From assembly GCA_050298595.1 (NCBI GenBank), contig JBNKUM010000100.1, positions 64,001-128,000 of the forward strand: a DNA stretch of 64,000 nt. Direction: 5' to 3'. The notes under the pieces are model-generated. The model worked only from the letters and a program-made list of their open reading frames with translations. It ran no database searches and was not told the DNA's origin. Each line of letters starts with the position of its first letter. The stretch's first letter is position 1. Made by a program: the position numbers and the translations under genes. Source of the stretch: Gammaproteobacteria bacterium (GTDB lineage: Bacteria; Pseudomonadota; Gammaproteobacteria; GCA-001735895). Below are positions 1 to 9,387 of the stretch, piece after piece.

Positions 1-1200
1 AAACAAAGAAGTAATATTACCGGTAACTTATTAGCTACAGTCGGTATTAATGTATACAATCAAAAAGGTGATTCAGTAGAAGGAGCAAAGGTTTATGCTG
101 ATGATACTTATCTAGGGCTCACTGGGAGTGGGACTTTTGGGACTAAGGGGTATTTGAAACAGTACATCAAAAAAGGGAGTCATACACTTAGGGCTGAGTT
201 TGATACCAGGATGGGGACAAAAGATGTAACTCTTTCTACTCTTTCTGTTGAGAACTATGATCTTATTTTAGATCAGGATATCCCTTCTAAATACATATCT
301 GACATACCTGCTAATTGGTGGGAAGATACAGGTTCTGTTATGCCAGATAGCATTTATTACACAACCAGCCAGATAATAGGCGATTATGTTTATACTTTTG
401 GTGGGGTTATCAATGGTGCTTATACCGATAAGATATTTAGAGCCCCGGTTAGTGATCCAATGAGCTGGAGTGATACTGGTTTTGTCATGCCGGTAACTAT
501 CGGTCAATCAACCAGTCAAATAATTGGAGATTATATTTATACTTTTGGGGGTTATCATAATGGTTTACAATCCAATAAGATATTTAGAGCCCCAGTTAGT
601 AATCCCACCTCCTGGAGTGATACAGGTGCTGTCATGCCGGAAAATAGTGCTCACTCAACCAGTCAAATAATTGGTAATTATGTTTATACTTTTGGTGGTC
701 AAACTAGTGTTTTTACCAATAAAATTTTTAGAGCTCCTGTTAGTGATCCAACCTCCTGGTATGATACCAGTTTTGTCATGCCGGAAATTATTTATGATTC
801 AACCAGTCAAATAATTGGTAATTATGTTTATACTTTTGGAGGTTATCGTGATGGTGGTTATACCGATAAGATATTTAGAGCCCCTGTTAGTGATCCAACC
901 TCCTGGAGTGATACCGGTTCTGTCATGCCTGAACCTATTTATCGTTCAACCAGTCAGATAATTGGCGATTATGTTTATACTTTTGGGGGCTATATTAATG
1001 GAGGTTTTTCCAACAAGATATTTAGAGCACCAGCAAGTGATCCAAGCACCTGGAGTGATGCTGGATCGGTTATGCCAGTAGAAATATTTGGTTCAACCAG
1101 TCAGATAATTGGAAATTATGTTTATACTTTTGGGGGTTATAATAGCAGTGGTGGATACAATAAAATATTAAGAGCAAAAATAATTACAGATTCAGAATAA
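1..1200 (+). CDS. Partial (5' end outside window) PEGA-like domain + six-repeat Kelch-like beta-propeller protein
   Basis: Frame 1 is open from base 1 (KQRSNITG...GAKVYADDTYLGLT, PEGA-like), so the 154 start is internal. Six ~49-aa repeats W-x-DTGxVMP...STSQIIG(D/N)YVYTFGG...KIFRAP show the Kelch hydrophobic-GG and W signature. Confidence 0.8.
   Translation, partial: KQRSNITGNLLATVGINVYNQKGDSVEGAKVYADDTYLGLTGSGTFGTKGYLKQYIKKGSHTLRAEFDTRMGTKDVTLSTLSVENYDLILDQDIPSKYISDIPANWWEDTGSVMPDSIYYTTSQIIGDYVYTFGGVINGAYTDKIFRAPVSDPMSWSDTGFVMPVTIGQSTSQIIGDYIYTFGGYHNGLQSNKIFRAPVSNPTSWSDTGAVMPENSAHSTSQIIGNYVYTFGGQTSVFTNKIFRAPVSDPTSWYDTSFVMPEIIYDSTSQIIGNYVYTFGGYRDGGYTDKIFRAPVSDPTSWSDTGSVMPEPIYRSTSQIIGDYVYTFGGYINGGFSNKIFRAPASDPSTWSDAGSVMPVEIFGSTSQIIGNYVYTFGGYNSSGGYNKILRAKIITDSE
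319..1176 (+). repeat. Six tandem 144-147 bp coding repeats (propeller blades)
   Basis: Unit starts (tgg codon) at 319, 466, 613, 757, 904 and 1051. Confidence 0.9.
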
Positions 1201-1234
1201 ATTAGCTGGCCATCAAAAGACCTGTTCTTAAAAT

Positions 1235-1272
1235 AAAGGGAGCGTTAGCAATTACTAACGTCCCCTTTTTTA
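1235..1272 (+). terminator. Rho-independent terminator-like hairpin
   Basis: aaagggagcgttag-caatta-ctaacgtccccttttt, imperfect stem plus T tract, just after the propeller gene stop. Confidence 0.65.
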
Positions 1273-1401
1273 TATTATTTAAATTAGCTATACGGGAACA
1301 GATCGCTGAAGCAAAACAGAGAAAAAATAAACGATACTTTTTTTCAAAATCAGAATTTGTATTTAATAACCTTTCTTTTTAAGCAACCCGTAACCCGGAA
1401 T

Positions 1402-1715
1402 CGTAGGTTTGAAAAAGAGGAACGACGCCTTCCAGCATAGGCCAGCCTTTGTATTTGCCAGGGTGCTTGTATTGTTTATGTCGGATGGCGCTTTGCTCGG
1501 CTCTGGCTTCCTGCTTCGCTCTACCTCCTGCATCCTTGCAGTCGTCGGCAATTGCGTCCTGCGTTACTCTACCACTTACATCCGTGTAGGCGTCGGCTCT
1601 GGCTTCCTGCTTCACCCTGGCACCTACGTCCATGTGGGCGTTCTGCATTGTTCTACCTTCGACCATTCCATAGTCTCGTACCTCGGGCATCCTTGCCCGG
1701 ATTATCCGACCTACG
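1402..1715. repeat. Inverted GTAG-type REP doublet; right REP interrupted by a ~200-bp stack of hairpin repeats
   Basis: Left cgtaggtttgaaaaag...cgccttccagca (1402-1437). Right tgtcggatggcgctttgct[insert]ttatccgacctacg (1479-1715). The insert contains ggctctggcttcctgcttc twice and several c(a/g)tccntg hairpins. Confidence 0.65.
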
Positions 1716-1773
1716 ACTGCCTGTCCGTGATTATCTAAAAGAGGTTATTGAGCATAAAAATTAACACCCAGGC

Positions 1774-1977
1774 CTATGAATGACGACGATCACTGAATTC
1801 TCTTAACCGGCGGTTGATACATTTAACACGCCGAGATAGCTCTGAATAATTTGGTTCTGACCATGATCGTCTATCGCAAATCCGTCGGTCCTGACGGCCT
1901 TTTCGGTTATCAATAGAAAGTGGGAAGGCTGGCTTAAATTTCGATATTCTGCTTCTAAAAAAAGGTTTAAATCGCAT
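1774..1977 (-). CDS. Small basic hypothetical protein with repeated (D/N)RR motifs
   Basis: ATG preceded by aagggggga; DNRK, DRR, DRR, NRR and DRR motifs. Confidence 0.45.
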   Translation of the reverse strand: MRFKPFFRSRISKFKPAFPLSIDNRKGRQDRRICDRRSWSEPNYSELSRRVKCINRRLREFSDRRHS

Positions 1978-2072
1978 TTTTCTGATCCCCCCTTGTTTGG
2001 CTGAATATGGTGGTCTAATTGTACTTGGTACTTTAATAATAGCTGATATTTATCAATTATAAAGGTGTCATA

Positions 2073-2186
2073 ATGAGTTAGAAGCGAACCTGCAAATAAT
2101 ATTCTAAAGAATATAAAGAAGAAGCGGCCGCAATGGTTTTAGAACAGGGTTATACCGTATCAGAATCGGCTAAATCACTGGGTGTA
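2073..2186 (+). pseudogene. IS3-family transposase OrfA (HTH) fragment with internal stops
   Basis: Translates MS*KRTCK*YSKEYKEEAAAMVLEQGYTVSESAKSLGV, a typical IS3 OrfA N-terminus. Confidence 0.8.
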
Positions 2187-2309
2187 TGCAAAAGGGGTCT
2201 GAGGTAAATAAAGGTAAATGGGTTGTAGGTACATGAGGGTTTTTCTCAACTTAAGGGTGTCGTGTTTAACCCGGAAAAGGAGATGTAAATAGGAAAACGG
2301 ATTTTTGAT

Positions 2310-2396
2310 TCCAGAAAAACAAGGATGTACTTACCGGGTATACCAGGTCATGTTGTTCAGCGAGGTAATGATCGAAACCCTTGCTTCTTCGAATAT
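2310..2396 (+). pseudogene. REP-associated tyrosine transposase (RAYT/Y1) N-terminal fragment
   Basis: SRKTRMYLPGIPGHVVQRGNDRNPCFFE matches the RAYT N-terminal HVxQRGN motif. It stops before the HUH motif where it meets the kinase remnant. Confidence 0.75.
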
Positions 2397-2426
2397 GTGG
2401 CGCTTGTTTTAGATAACCGAGAGCAC

Positions 2427-3170
2427 TTATGTCTTATCCGGATTGACCGCAATGATAGTCATGGTCTCTTCTGTGGCTTCTTCTCGTTGTATAGATATCT
2501 CGTACTAAATACCCTCCGCCTGCAGGGTATCTTTTAGTGAACGAATAATCCCTGCTGCATTCTTATAGGATGAACCCTTGGGCCGGGTGAGGAAAACGAC
2601 ATCATCCTGGGTAACCTGGATGTTTTGACTTCTATTTTTGGATTTCAGGAGCTTTTTTAATATGCTTCCAGCTGTTGATGCGCTTAGACGCATCTTTTTC
2701 CAGAGCCCTTTCGATGAATAAGGCCATATCCTGATCGATATCATTGCGATAACTGTGAATATCAGTCGACCGCTGGTTAACATGCATATTAAGAATCTTG
2801 TCGAGCGATTGAGCTGTGAAAGGGGGACTCCCGGTAAGCATATGAAATGCCATAATACCCATCGCGTAAATATCAGCACGACCATCGACTGGTAACGACT
2901 GGATGATTTCCGGAGCGAGATAATGCGGTGATCCCTCGATATTTTCATTCTTGTCATCTGGCGGTTTGGCGAGTCCGAAATCGGTGATTTTCACATGATT
3001 GAATTGATTGATAATAATGTTTGAAGGTTTTACATCCCTGTGCACGATGCCTTCGTTATGTGCATATTCCAGGGCTGCAGCAACCTGAGTTAAAATGCGT
3101 CGGGTCTGTGCCAGGCTTAACCGGTGTTTCTGTTTTAACACTGCAGACAAATCCATTCCGGTTAGTCCTA
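2427..3170 (-). pseudogene. 5'-truncated, frameshifted Hanks-type Ser/Thr kinase
   Basis: HRDVKPSN, DFG, GSPHYLAPE and DIYAMG are present; the Gly-loop/VAIK N-lobe is absent. The C-terminus appears to continue in the 2505-2957 frame after a shift near 2650 and past a stop at 2505. Confidence 0.8.
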
Positions 3171-3296
3171 TCGATTACAGGCCTCTAGAAGGGAATTCAA
3201 GATATAGTGCAGTATTTAAAGTCTATATTGGTATAGGAGGGTTGTAGCCGTAGTTTCATGATCTGAGGGCCAGCCATTAGGCAAATTTTCAAGCAT

Positions 3297-3366
3297 CAAA
3301 AAGTGGATGTCCCAAAAACATCAAAAAGTGGATGTCCCAAAAAGATTGGATGTCCCAAAAAGATTG
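3297..3366. repeat. Short imperfect tandem repeat (tggatgtcccaaaaa x3)
   Basis: caaaaagtggatgtcccaaaaa twice, then gattggatgtcccaaaaagattgg. Confidence 0.8.
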
Positions 3367-3525
3367 GCAAAGGACAAATTTATATTTTCGAAGAAATAAG
3401 TAATTCCGAAAGGATTTATATATGACCCCCTTACAAAGCCTGGGTTTTTCAGTAATTTCCTTTCCAATAGTTGGGCCCTATCTTCTCATGTCTGCCATAA
3501 TCCGCCTTACCAACCGAATACTGCC

Positions 3526-4578
3526 TTAGCCCAACCTTTCCGAAAGCTGAACCAGATGTTGCGGGTTCACCGTAAGCTGTAGACGTTGGCCTACCCGAAG
3601 TTCGGGCTCATCATGTCGACGATGCAGTTGTAAAGACCTGCCGTCTCGCAACCGGCAGGTGACCTGTCGATAGGGGCCAAGAAGACAGCTGCGCGTCACA
3701 ATCGCCGACAAACCTCCCTTTTCGACCCGGCGCAGATGGCAGGGCTCAATAGCTAACCACAGCCGACCGGCAGGTCTGGGCTCAGTTACAGGCGTAGGAC
3801 TCGGCAAGCAGCCCCAGGAACCGCTCACACAGACCCCGTTGAAATCGTCCACTGGCAACAAATTCTGCCATCCCAGGACACGAGCAACCTCCAGATCACG
3901 AGGATCGGCGAAGACCTCATCTGCTCTACCGAAGCGCCGCAACTGTCCCGCCACCAACACCCCGATGCGGTCAGCCAGCTCGCGGGCATCCTCAAGGTCG
4001 TGGCTAACCAGCAGCAATGGCCGCGGCTTGTCTGCGACCACCTCTCGAAACAACTGGCGCAGATGCTGACGCAGCTCGGCATCGACAGCGGAGAATGGCT
4101 CGTCCAGAAGCAGCACTTCGGGCTCAGCTGCCAGAGCACGCGCCAATGCCACTCGTTGCCGTTGACCTCCAGAGATGAGGCTCGGCGAGGCCTGGGCGAT
4201 CTCACTCAGGCGCAGACGTTCGAGCCAGCTCGCCACACAATTGTGCCGGCTTGTACGCGAAAGCCTGGGCATAGCAAAGGCAATATTACGCGCCACACTC
4301 ATATGAGGAAACAGAGCGTAGTGCTGGAAAACTAATCCCGCTCGTCGTCGCCGGGCCGACAGGTTGACCTTTTGGTGACTATCGAACCAGATCTGCTTCC
4401 CCAGAGCTATGCGACCAGTATGAGGGCGCTCTAACCCTGCCAGCGTTCGCAACAAAGTACTCTTGCCTCCACCGGATGGACCGAGCAGGACGGTTGTAAC
4501 ACCACGTTCCAGTGCGAGTTCAATCTGCAACTCGAAATCTGGTCGTTGCAGGCTGAGGTCGAAGGACAGAGAGCCCAT
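3526..4578 (-). CDS. modC: Molybdate ABC transporter ATP-binding subunit
   Basis: Walker A GPSGGGKST, ISGGQRQR, LLLDEP, C-terminal TOBE-like region; operon with modAB. Confidence 0.88.
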   Translation of the reverse strand: MGSLSFDLSLQRPDFELQIELALERGVTTVLLGPSGGGKSTLLRTLAGLERPHTGRIALGKQIWFDSHQKVNLSARRRRAGLVFQHYALFPHMSVARNIAFAMPRLSRTSRHNCVASWLERLRLSEIAQASPSLISGGQRQRVALARALAAEPEVLLLDEPFSAVDAELRQHLRQLFREVVADKPRPLLLVSHDLEDARELADRIGVLVAGQLRRFGRADEVFADPRDLEVARVLGWQNLLPVDDFNGVCVSGSWGCLPSPTPVTEPRPAGRLWLAIEPCHLRRVEKGGLSAIVTRSCLLGPYRQVTCRLRDGRSLQLHRRHDEPELRVGQRLQLTVNPQHLVQLSERLG

Positions 4579-4581
4579 AAC

Positions 4582-5268
4582 TCAGGCCCTCTGCAGCGAT
4601 TGCCGGTTACCGGCGTGCAATAGCATGAAGAGCGCTAGCGACCCGGCTCCGAGCATCAGGGACAGCCGGGTGGCGCAGTCGAAATCCCCGTCCAGTACAC
4701 TGTTGTAGATCGCCAGGGAGAGAGTATCGGTACGTCCAGCGATGTTGCCTCCTAGCATGAGTGTAATACCCACTTCCCCCAGTGCGCGTCCGATGGCCAG
4801 GGCTAATCCGGCGATAATGGCCGAGCGCACGTTAGGCACGATGATGAGAAAGAAGGTTGCCAGGGGACCTCGACCCAGCACTGTGGCAGCCTCGGCAAGC
4901 TCGTTTGCGGAATTCTCGATCGCCGCCTGCACCGGCTTGACGATGAGGGGCAGGCCTGCGATGAAGGCGGCCAGGAAGACTCCCAGAGGGGAGAAAATGA
5001 TATCAACTGAAAATCGATCATAGAGCAGACCACCCAGCACCCCGCGACGCCCCAGTAGCAGCAGTAGAAAGAAGCCAATGGCTATAGGCGGAAATACGAG
5101 CGGTAGAGAGATAAGCCCTTCCCAAAGCAGGCGCAAAGGCAGGCGTTTCCAGCTCAAGCACCAGGCGAGCCCAACCCCCGCAATCAGATAGCAGAGCAGC
5201 ATAATCACCACCACCTTCAGGCTCAGCGCCAGCGGCATCAGGGAGCAACCAAAACCGGCTTCACTCAC
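4582..5268 (-). CDS. modB: Molybdate ABC transporter permease
   Basis: LPLVFPPIAIGF, EAA loop and RALGEVGITLMLGGNI motifs. Confidence 0.9.
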   Translation of the reverse strand: MSEAGFGCSLMPLALSLKVVVIMLLCYLIAGVGLAWCLSWKRLPLRLLWEGLISLPLVFPPIAIGFFLLLLLGRRGVLGGLLYDRFSVDIIFSPLGVFLAAFIAGLPLIVKPVQAAIENSANELAEAATVLGRGPLATFFLIIVPNVRSAIIAGLALAIGRALGEVGITLMLGGNIAGRTDTLSLAIYNSVLDGDFDCATRLSLMLGAGSLALFMLLHAGNRQSLQRA

Positions 5269-5975
5269 AAACCGGCATCCTTGAGTATCTGTTGAGCGGT
5301 TGGTGCCTGGAGAAAATCGAGCAGGCTTAGCACCAGGGCATCTTCTCCGTACCCCGCCACCACAGCGGCAACGATCTCGATTGGTTCGTAGGATCCTTCG
5401 GGAAGTTCAATATAGCCTCCGATACGCTCACCCAGTGCCAACGCATCAGTCAGATTGATGAAACCGGCATCCACTGAATGGGCTACCAGGTAGGAGGAGA
5501 CTTGAGGCACTGTCCCTGTCACCAGTAATCGATCTTTTAGCTTCTCTTTTAAGCCATTCTGCATAAGAAAGGCTTCAGCGGCCCGACCATAGATTGCCTT
5601 CTTTGGGTCTGGCATGGCAACCCGCTCAACTAACCCATCCGCCAGGGCGATCCAGGGGGCAGCCGGCACTTTATCCGCCCAGGCCAGCACTGGTCTGCCC
5701 TGTCCCAACACGACAAAGTGTTCGTATTGCCCCGTTGCTTGCAGAATACGACGATCTCCCACTGCCAAGGCAACCTGTCCACTGCTCTCGGTTTGAGAGA
5801 TGACCGTACGCATATTGCCGAAGATCGGCATCACTTCTACGCCCGTCTGTTTAGTAAAGGATCGATAGAGCCTGATAAGAGGCTTTTTGTAACCAGCCCC
5901 GGCGGCGACAGTAAGTGTTTCCATGGCCAGACTCTGGCCGTTGATAAACACAAGTAATAACAACAGATAACGCAC
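5265..5975 (-). CDS. modA: Molybdate ABC transporter periplasmic binding protein
   Basis: Signal peptide; LTVAAGAG and PDPKKAIYGRAA ModA-type motifs. Confidence 0.88.
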   Translation of the reverse strand: MRYLLLLLVFINGQSLAMETLTVAAGAGYKKPLIRLYRSFTKQTGVEVMPIFGNMRTVISQTESSGQVALAVGDRRILQATGQYEHFVVLGQGRPVLAWADKVPAAPWIALADGLVERVAMPDPKKAIYGRAAEAFLMQNGLKEKLKDRLLVTGTVPQVSSYLVAHSVDAGFINLTDALALGERIGGYIELPEGSYEPIEIVAAVVAGYGEDALVLSLLDFLQAPTAQQILKDAGL

Positions 5976-6016
5976 AACACTACTCCTTTTTTATAAATTG
6001 AACCAATGACTTACCT

Positions 6017-6047
6017 ATGCGTTATGCAAATAATTTGCATAACGCAT
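6017..6047. promoter_or_regulatory. Perfect 15-1-15 palindrome upstream of modA, ModE-box-like
   Basis: ATGCGTTATGCAAAT-A-ATTTGCATAACGCAT; resembles the ModE consensus CGTTATATA-Nn-TATATAACG. Confidence 0.6.
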
Positions 6048-6486
6048 GGCGAATAAGTTACTCCAATCAACGATAAGCAACTCTCATACCAATTGATAAG
6101 CAATGCATTTAGCCAGTGTTTTTAGCGACTTTATGTTTGATGCCCAAACAAACTGAATGACTTTCTACAAGTATTCAGTGGTTATTTGTTGCATATGCGA
6201 CAGAGTTTATGAGTGTGTATTCCGGGGGAAGGATGAACCTTAGTTGATTATCAGGTTGGTAAAAAAACTTTTTCGTCTAACGAGAGCATATATCAAAAAT
6301 GTCAGATACAAATTAAGTTTTAATGCGTATCAGCCCCCCCCCAGTAATAAGCCAGTAATAAGCCAGTAAAATTTTGCTACTGGATTCCTTATACTATTTG
6401 GATGAGAATAAGGAATCTGGACTCTATGCAGTTTCGGCTACAACAGAAAGGCAAAAGAAATATTTTTCGGAGCAATAAGAAAGTAA

Positions 6487-7887
6487 GTGGAAATCTCCCT
6501 CAGTACCGTTCAGGAGTTGGCGCCTGACCAGGCTTCATTGAACGCGGCAAAAAAACTACTCAGTCCTGCTAAGTGGCCATTGCGGGGGCAGTCAGCAGCA
6601 GTCAATACTATCTGGGGCGAATGCCAGGGTTCTGGGGCTAACCCCTATTACACTATGGCCGATGTGGTTGATCATGGTTATAAGTGCACATGCCCCTCTC
6701 GTAAATTTCCCTGTAAGCATGTGCTTGCCCTGTTGTGGCAGTTTTCTGAAGGTGCGTCAGGCTTTGCGGAAGGAGAGCCGCCGGAATATGTGCATAACTG
6801 GTTGGGTCGACGGCGTAAAACAACAAAAAATTCGACAGATACCGTGGATGTTGAAAAGCCTGTTGTCAAAAAGGATATATCTCTTGCTCAAGAGCCTACA
6901 AAACCTCAATTAACTACTGAAGAAGCAGAAAAAAAGGAAGCTGCGAAGGCAAAACGAGCTGAGCAGAATAAAGCAAAAACAGATGCCAGCATTGCTGACG
7001 GGTTAACTGATTTCCAGCAATGGGTAAATGATCAACTCACTACAGGCATTACTACTTTTATTAAAGAAATAAATAGCCGTTGCCGACAGATCGCTGCTCG
7101 ATTAGTTGATGCCAAAGCCAGCAATTTCGCTTCGCGTATTGATGAATTTCCATCGAGGGTTCTAGCCCTTGATTCCGAACAACAACCAGAGGCAGTGTTT
7201 AAAGAATTAGGTCAACTGGTGTTGTTATCTGAAGCATGGTTTACCAATCCAGATGATGTCGATGTTCGCCGTGCAGTTGCTACAAGCGAAAGTCGGGAAC
7301 TACTTTTTAATAATCCAGATACTCTACGTATATCAGCTATCTGGGAAACAGTGGGTGAAAAGATAGAAACCCGCAAGGATGGCCTGATTGCGCACTCTCG
7401 GTGGTTACTACAGGTGGATGATAAAGCGCGCCTTGCCCAGCTGTCAGATTTTTACCCTGCATCATCAGGCAAAAGAGAAGTCGGATTTAGTATCGGCAAC
7501 CAGTTACAGGGTGAACTCGTCTTCTACCCAGGTCGATTTCCAATGCGAGCTGTTATCTCTCAGCATCAGGTTATTGCAGCAGAAAATCGCAAGGAGTGGG
7601 ATAAGCCAGGTAGTAACATCTGGCAAAGTTATGCTCACCAGTTAAGTCTATTGCCCTGGTCAGAATACTGTCCCTGTCTGCTGGGTGGCGGTCGGATATA
7701 TCAGAATAGCAAAAAGGGTTTCTGGTGGCGTAGTGATGATTTGAAACAGAATATTCCACTCACCAATCAAAGCTTTAATCCATTATTACTCGGTAGTGAT
7801 TTAAAAACGGCATTTGTCCTGGTTGATGGTGAGCGTGCAGAATTACTAAGTGCACAAACAATGAGCTGGGGGAGTATAGCATGCTAA
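6487..7887 (+). CDS. SWIM zinc-finger protein (YehQ-like)
   Basis: WGECQGSGANPY...CTCPSRKFPCKHVLAL (CxC-Nn-CxH). Confidence 0.85.
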   Translation: MEISLSTVQELAPDQASLNAAKKLLSPAKWPLRGQSAAVNTIWGECQGSGANPYYTMADVVDHGYKCTCPSRKFPCKHVLALLWQFSEGASGFAEGEPPEYVHNWLGRRRKTTKNSTDTVDVEKPVVKKDISLAQEPTKPQLTTEEAEKKEAAKAKRAEQNKAKTDASIADGLTDFQQWVNDQLTTGITTFIKEINSRCRQIAARLVDAKASNFASRIDEFPSRVLALDSEQQPEAVFKELGQLVLLSEAWFTNPDDVDVRRAVATSESRELLFNNPDTLRISAIWETVGEKIETRKDGLIAHSRWLLQVDDKARLAQLSDFYPASSGKREVGFSIGNQLQGELVFYPGRFPMRAVISQHQVIAAENRKEWDKPGSNIWQSYAHQLSLLPWSEYCPCLLGGGRIYQNSKKGFWWRSDDLKQNIPLTNQSFNPLLLGSDLKTAFVLVDGERAELLSAQTMSWGSIAC

Positions 7888-9377
7888 TGAAACAGGCAAG
7901 TGCTGACCTGCAGCGTATTGAGCAGTTACATCAACGTTGGCTTGTCGGTGCAGATAGTGCAGCTATCCCTTTAGAGCAACTACCTGAAGGTTGGCAGCCA
8001 TTGTTAGAAGGCGAGCCCTCAGAACGCCGGGCCTTGATCACATTAGCTTTGTGCGCGCAGCAGCAAACCTTACTGTTTGAACCGGAAGCCACGCACGATC
8101 TGAAGGCGAGACCCGACCTGCCCCAGTTAGAGTTTCCTGTTTTAAATGACACATTACGCCCGCTGTTTCGGCGAAGCCTTGAAGCTATCAGGAAACAGCA
8201 GACGGTGTCGGTTGATCATCTGTTGAAACTCCTTTTACATAGAAAAATTGTTGCCCATCCAGCCGACTGGCTACCTTCAGCAAATGATCAAGTTCCGAAT
8301 GCTTACTGGCCCTGGTGCCAATGGGTTTCGAATGAGCTTACAAGCCATCAGCATGCTGAGGATGAAGTGATTACTGCTGAAAACTGGGATGATTTTTTCC
8401 CTGCAGAGCGCCTGGCCAGATTAACTCAACTTCGTCGTCATGATAGTGATGCTGCGCGAGAATTAATCAGCCAGTGTGCAGCCAAAGAGCCAGCAGACAA
8501 ACGGCTTAAGATTATTGAAGTTCTGGGCACTAAACTCAATCAGTACGATAGTGAATTTTTGCAAAGCCTTACTCTGGATCGCTCCAGAAAAATCGCACAA
8601 TTGGCAACGCAATATCTGATGAGGCTGGGTATAGGGCAGGAGCATATCGATGGTGAAGAAGGAGAGAGTCCTGCGAAAGAACTTGCCGAGTGGTATGAAG
8701 TTAAAACGACTGGAATTTTTAGAAAACGAACTGTGCTTGTTCCACGAAAGCTAAAAAGTAAAAAGCAGCAATCTATTCGCTCAGAGCAAATACAGATAAT
8801 ACCGCTACTCGATCTGTCCAGTGCCTTAGGCATTACAACCGAAGAACTGGTTTCGATCTGGCAATTTTCAGAAAATCGTGATCACGATAATTATGCTTTT
8901 GTGTCGAATGCGGCAAATACGCTTGCTGATGATTTAATCCATAAGCTCTTAACAAGCGCTATCAATCAATTAGACGAAAGCCAGCCGATGCTGAATTACA
9001 TTCAGTTATTATTACCACGCCTTGAGCAGGAATATCGGAATCAGCTCATGCTGGAGCTTTTGCAAAATAAAGCGAGTAAGCTGACTTTTATCCAATGCCT
9101 TGAATTTATCGATACACCGATAGATGAAATAAGCAGGAAATTGCTCGTTGCAACATCGGCGTGGAAGAACCTGGTAACAGCAATTCAGCAGGATATGGAA
9201 AAAGGTGTCTACGTCGACAACTACTACACGCAAAATGAATTAACCGCATTGGGATTGATTTTGCCGCAACATACAGCAGAAGAAGTTTTTAGCGAACTGG
9301 TCAATCTTGGCTTACTGCAAGCAGATCCAATATTAGACTGTTTGAAATTAAATATGCAATTAACTGAATTTAAGTAA
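7881..9377 (+). CDS. Alpha-helical protein, DUF5691-like
   Basis: ER...LRRHD..AAREL and FLQSLTLDRSRKI motifs recalled from DUF5691; position between SWIM and MoxR genes. Confidence 0.65.
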   Translation: MLMKQASADLQRIEQLHQRWLVGADSAAIPLEQLPEGWQPLLEGEPSERRALITLALCAQQQTLLFEPEATHDLKARPDLPQLEFPVLNDTLRPLFRRSLEAIRKQQTVSVDHLLKLLLHRKIVAHPADWLPSANDQVPNAYWPWCQWVSNELTSHQHAEDEVITAENWDDFFPAERLARLTQLRRHDSDAARELISQCAAKEPADKRLKIIEVLGTKLNQYDSEFLQSLTLDRSRKIAQLATQYLMRLGIGQEHIDGEEGESPAKELAEWYEVKTTGIFRKRTVLVPRKLKSKKQQSIRSEQIQIIPLLDLSSALGITTEELVSIWQFSENRDHDNYAFVSNAANTLADDLIHKLLTSAINQLDESQPMLNYIQLLLPRLEQEYRNQLMLELLQNKASKLTFIQCLEFIDTPIDEISRKLLVATSAWKNLVTAIQQDMEKGVYVDNYYTQNELTALGLILPQHTAEEVFSELVNLGLLQADPILDCLKLNMQLTEFK

Positions 9378-9387
9378 GGATCAATTT

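Noticed and set aside
319-1176. Diversity-generating retroelement template/variable repeats
   Set aside because: The repeats are in-frame protein blades, differences are not visibly limited to adenines, and no reverse transcriptase is in the window.
1363-1764. Four overlapping ORFs (1363-1551, 1379-1690, 1409-1738, 1552-1764)
   Set aside because: They are read-throughs of palindromic repeat DNA, with no recognisable protein motifs.
2505-2957. 150-aa ORF as an independent gene
   Set aside because: Mostly an alternative frame of the kinase; only its 3' end looks like the frameshifted kinase tail.
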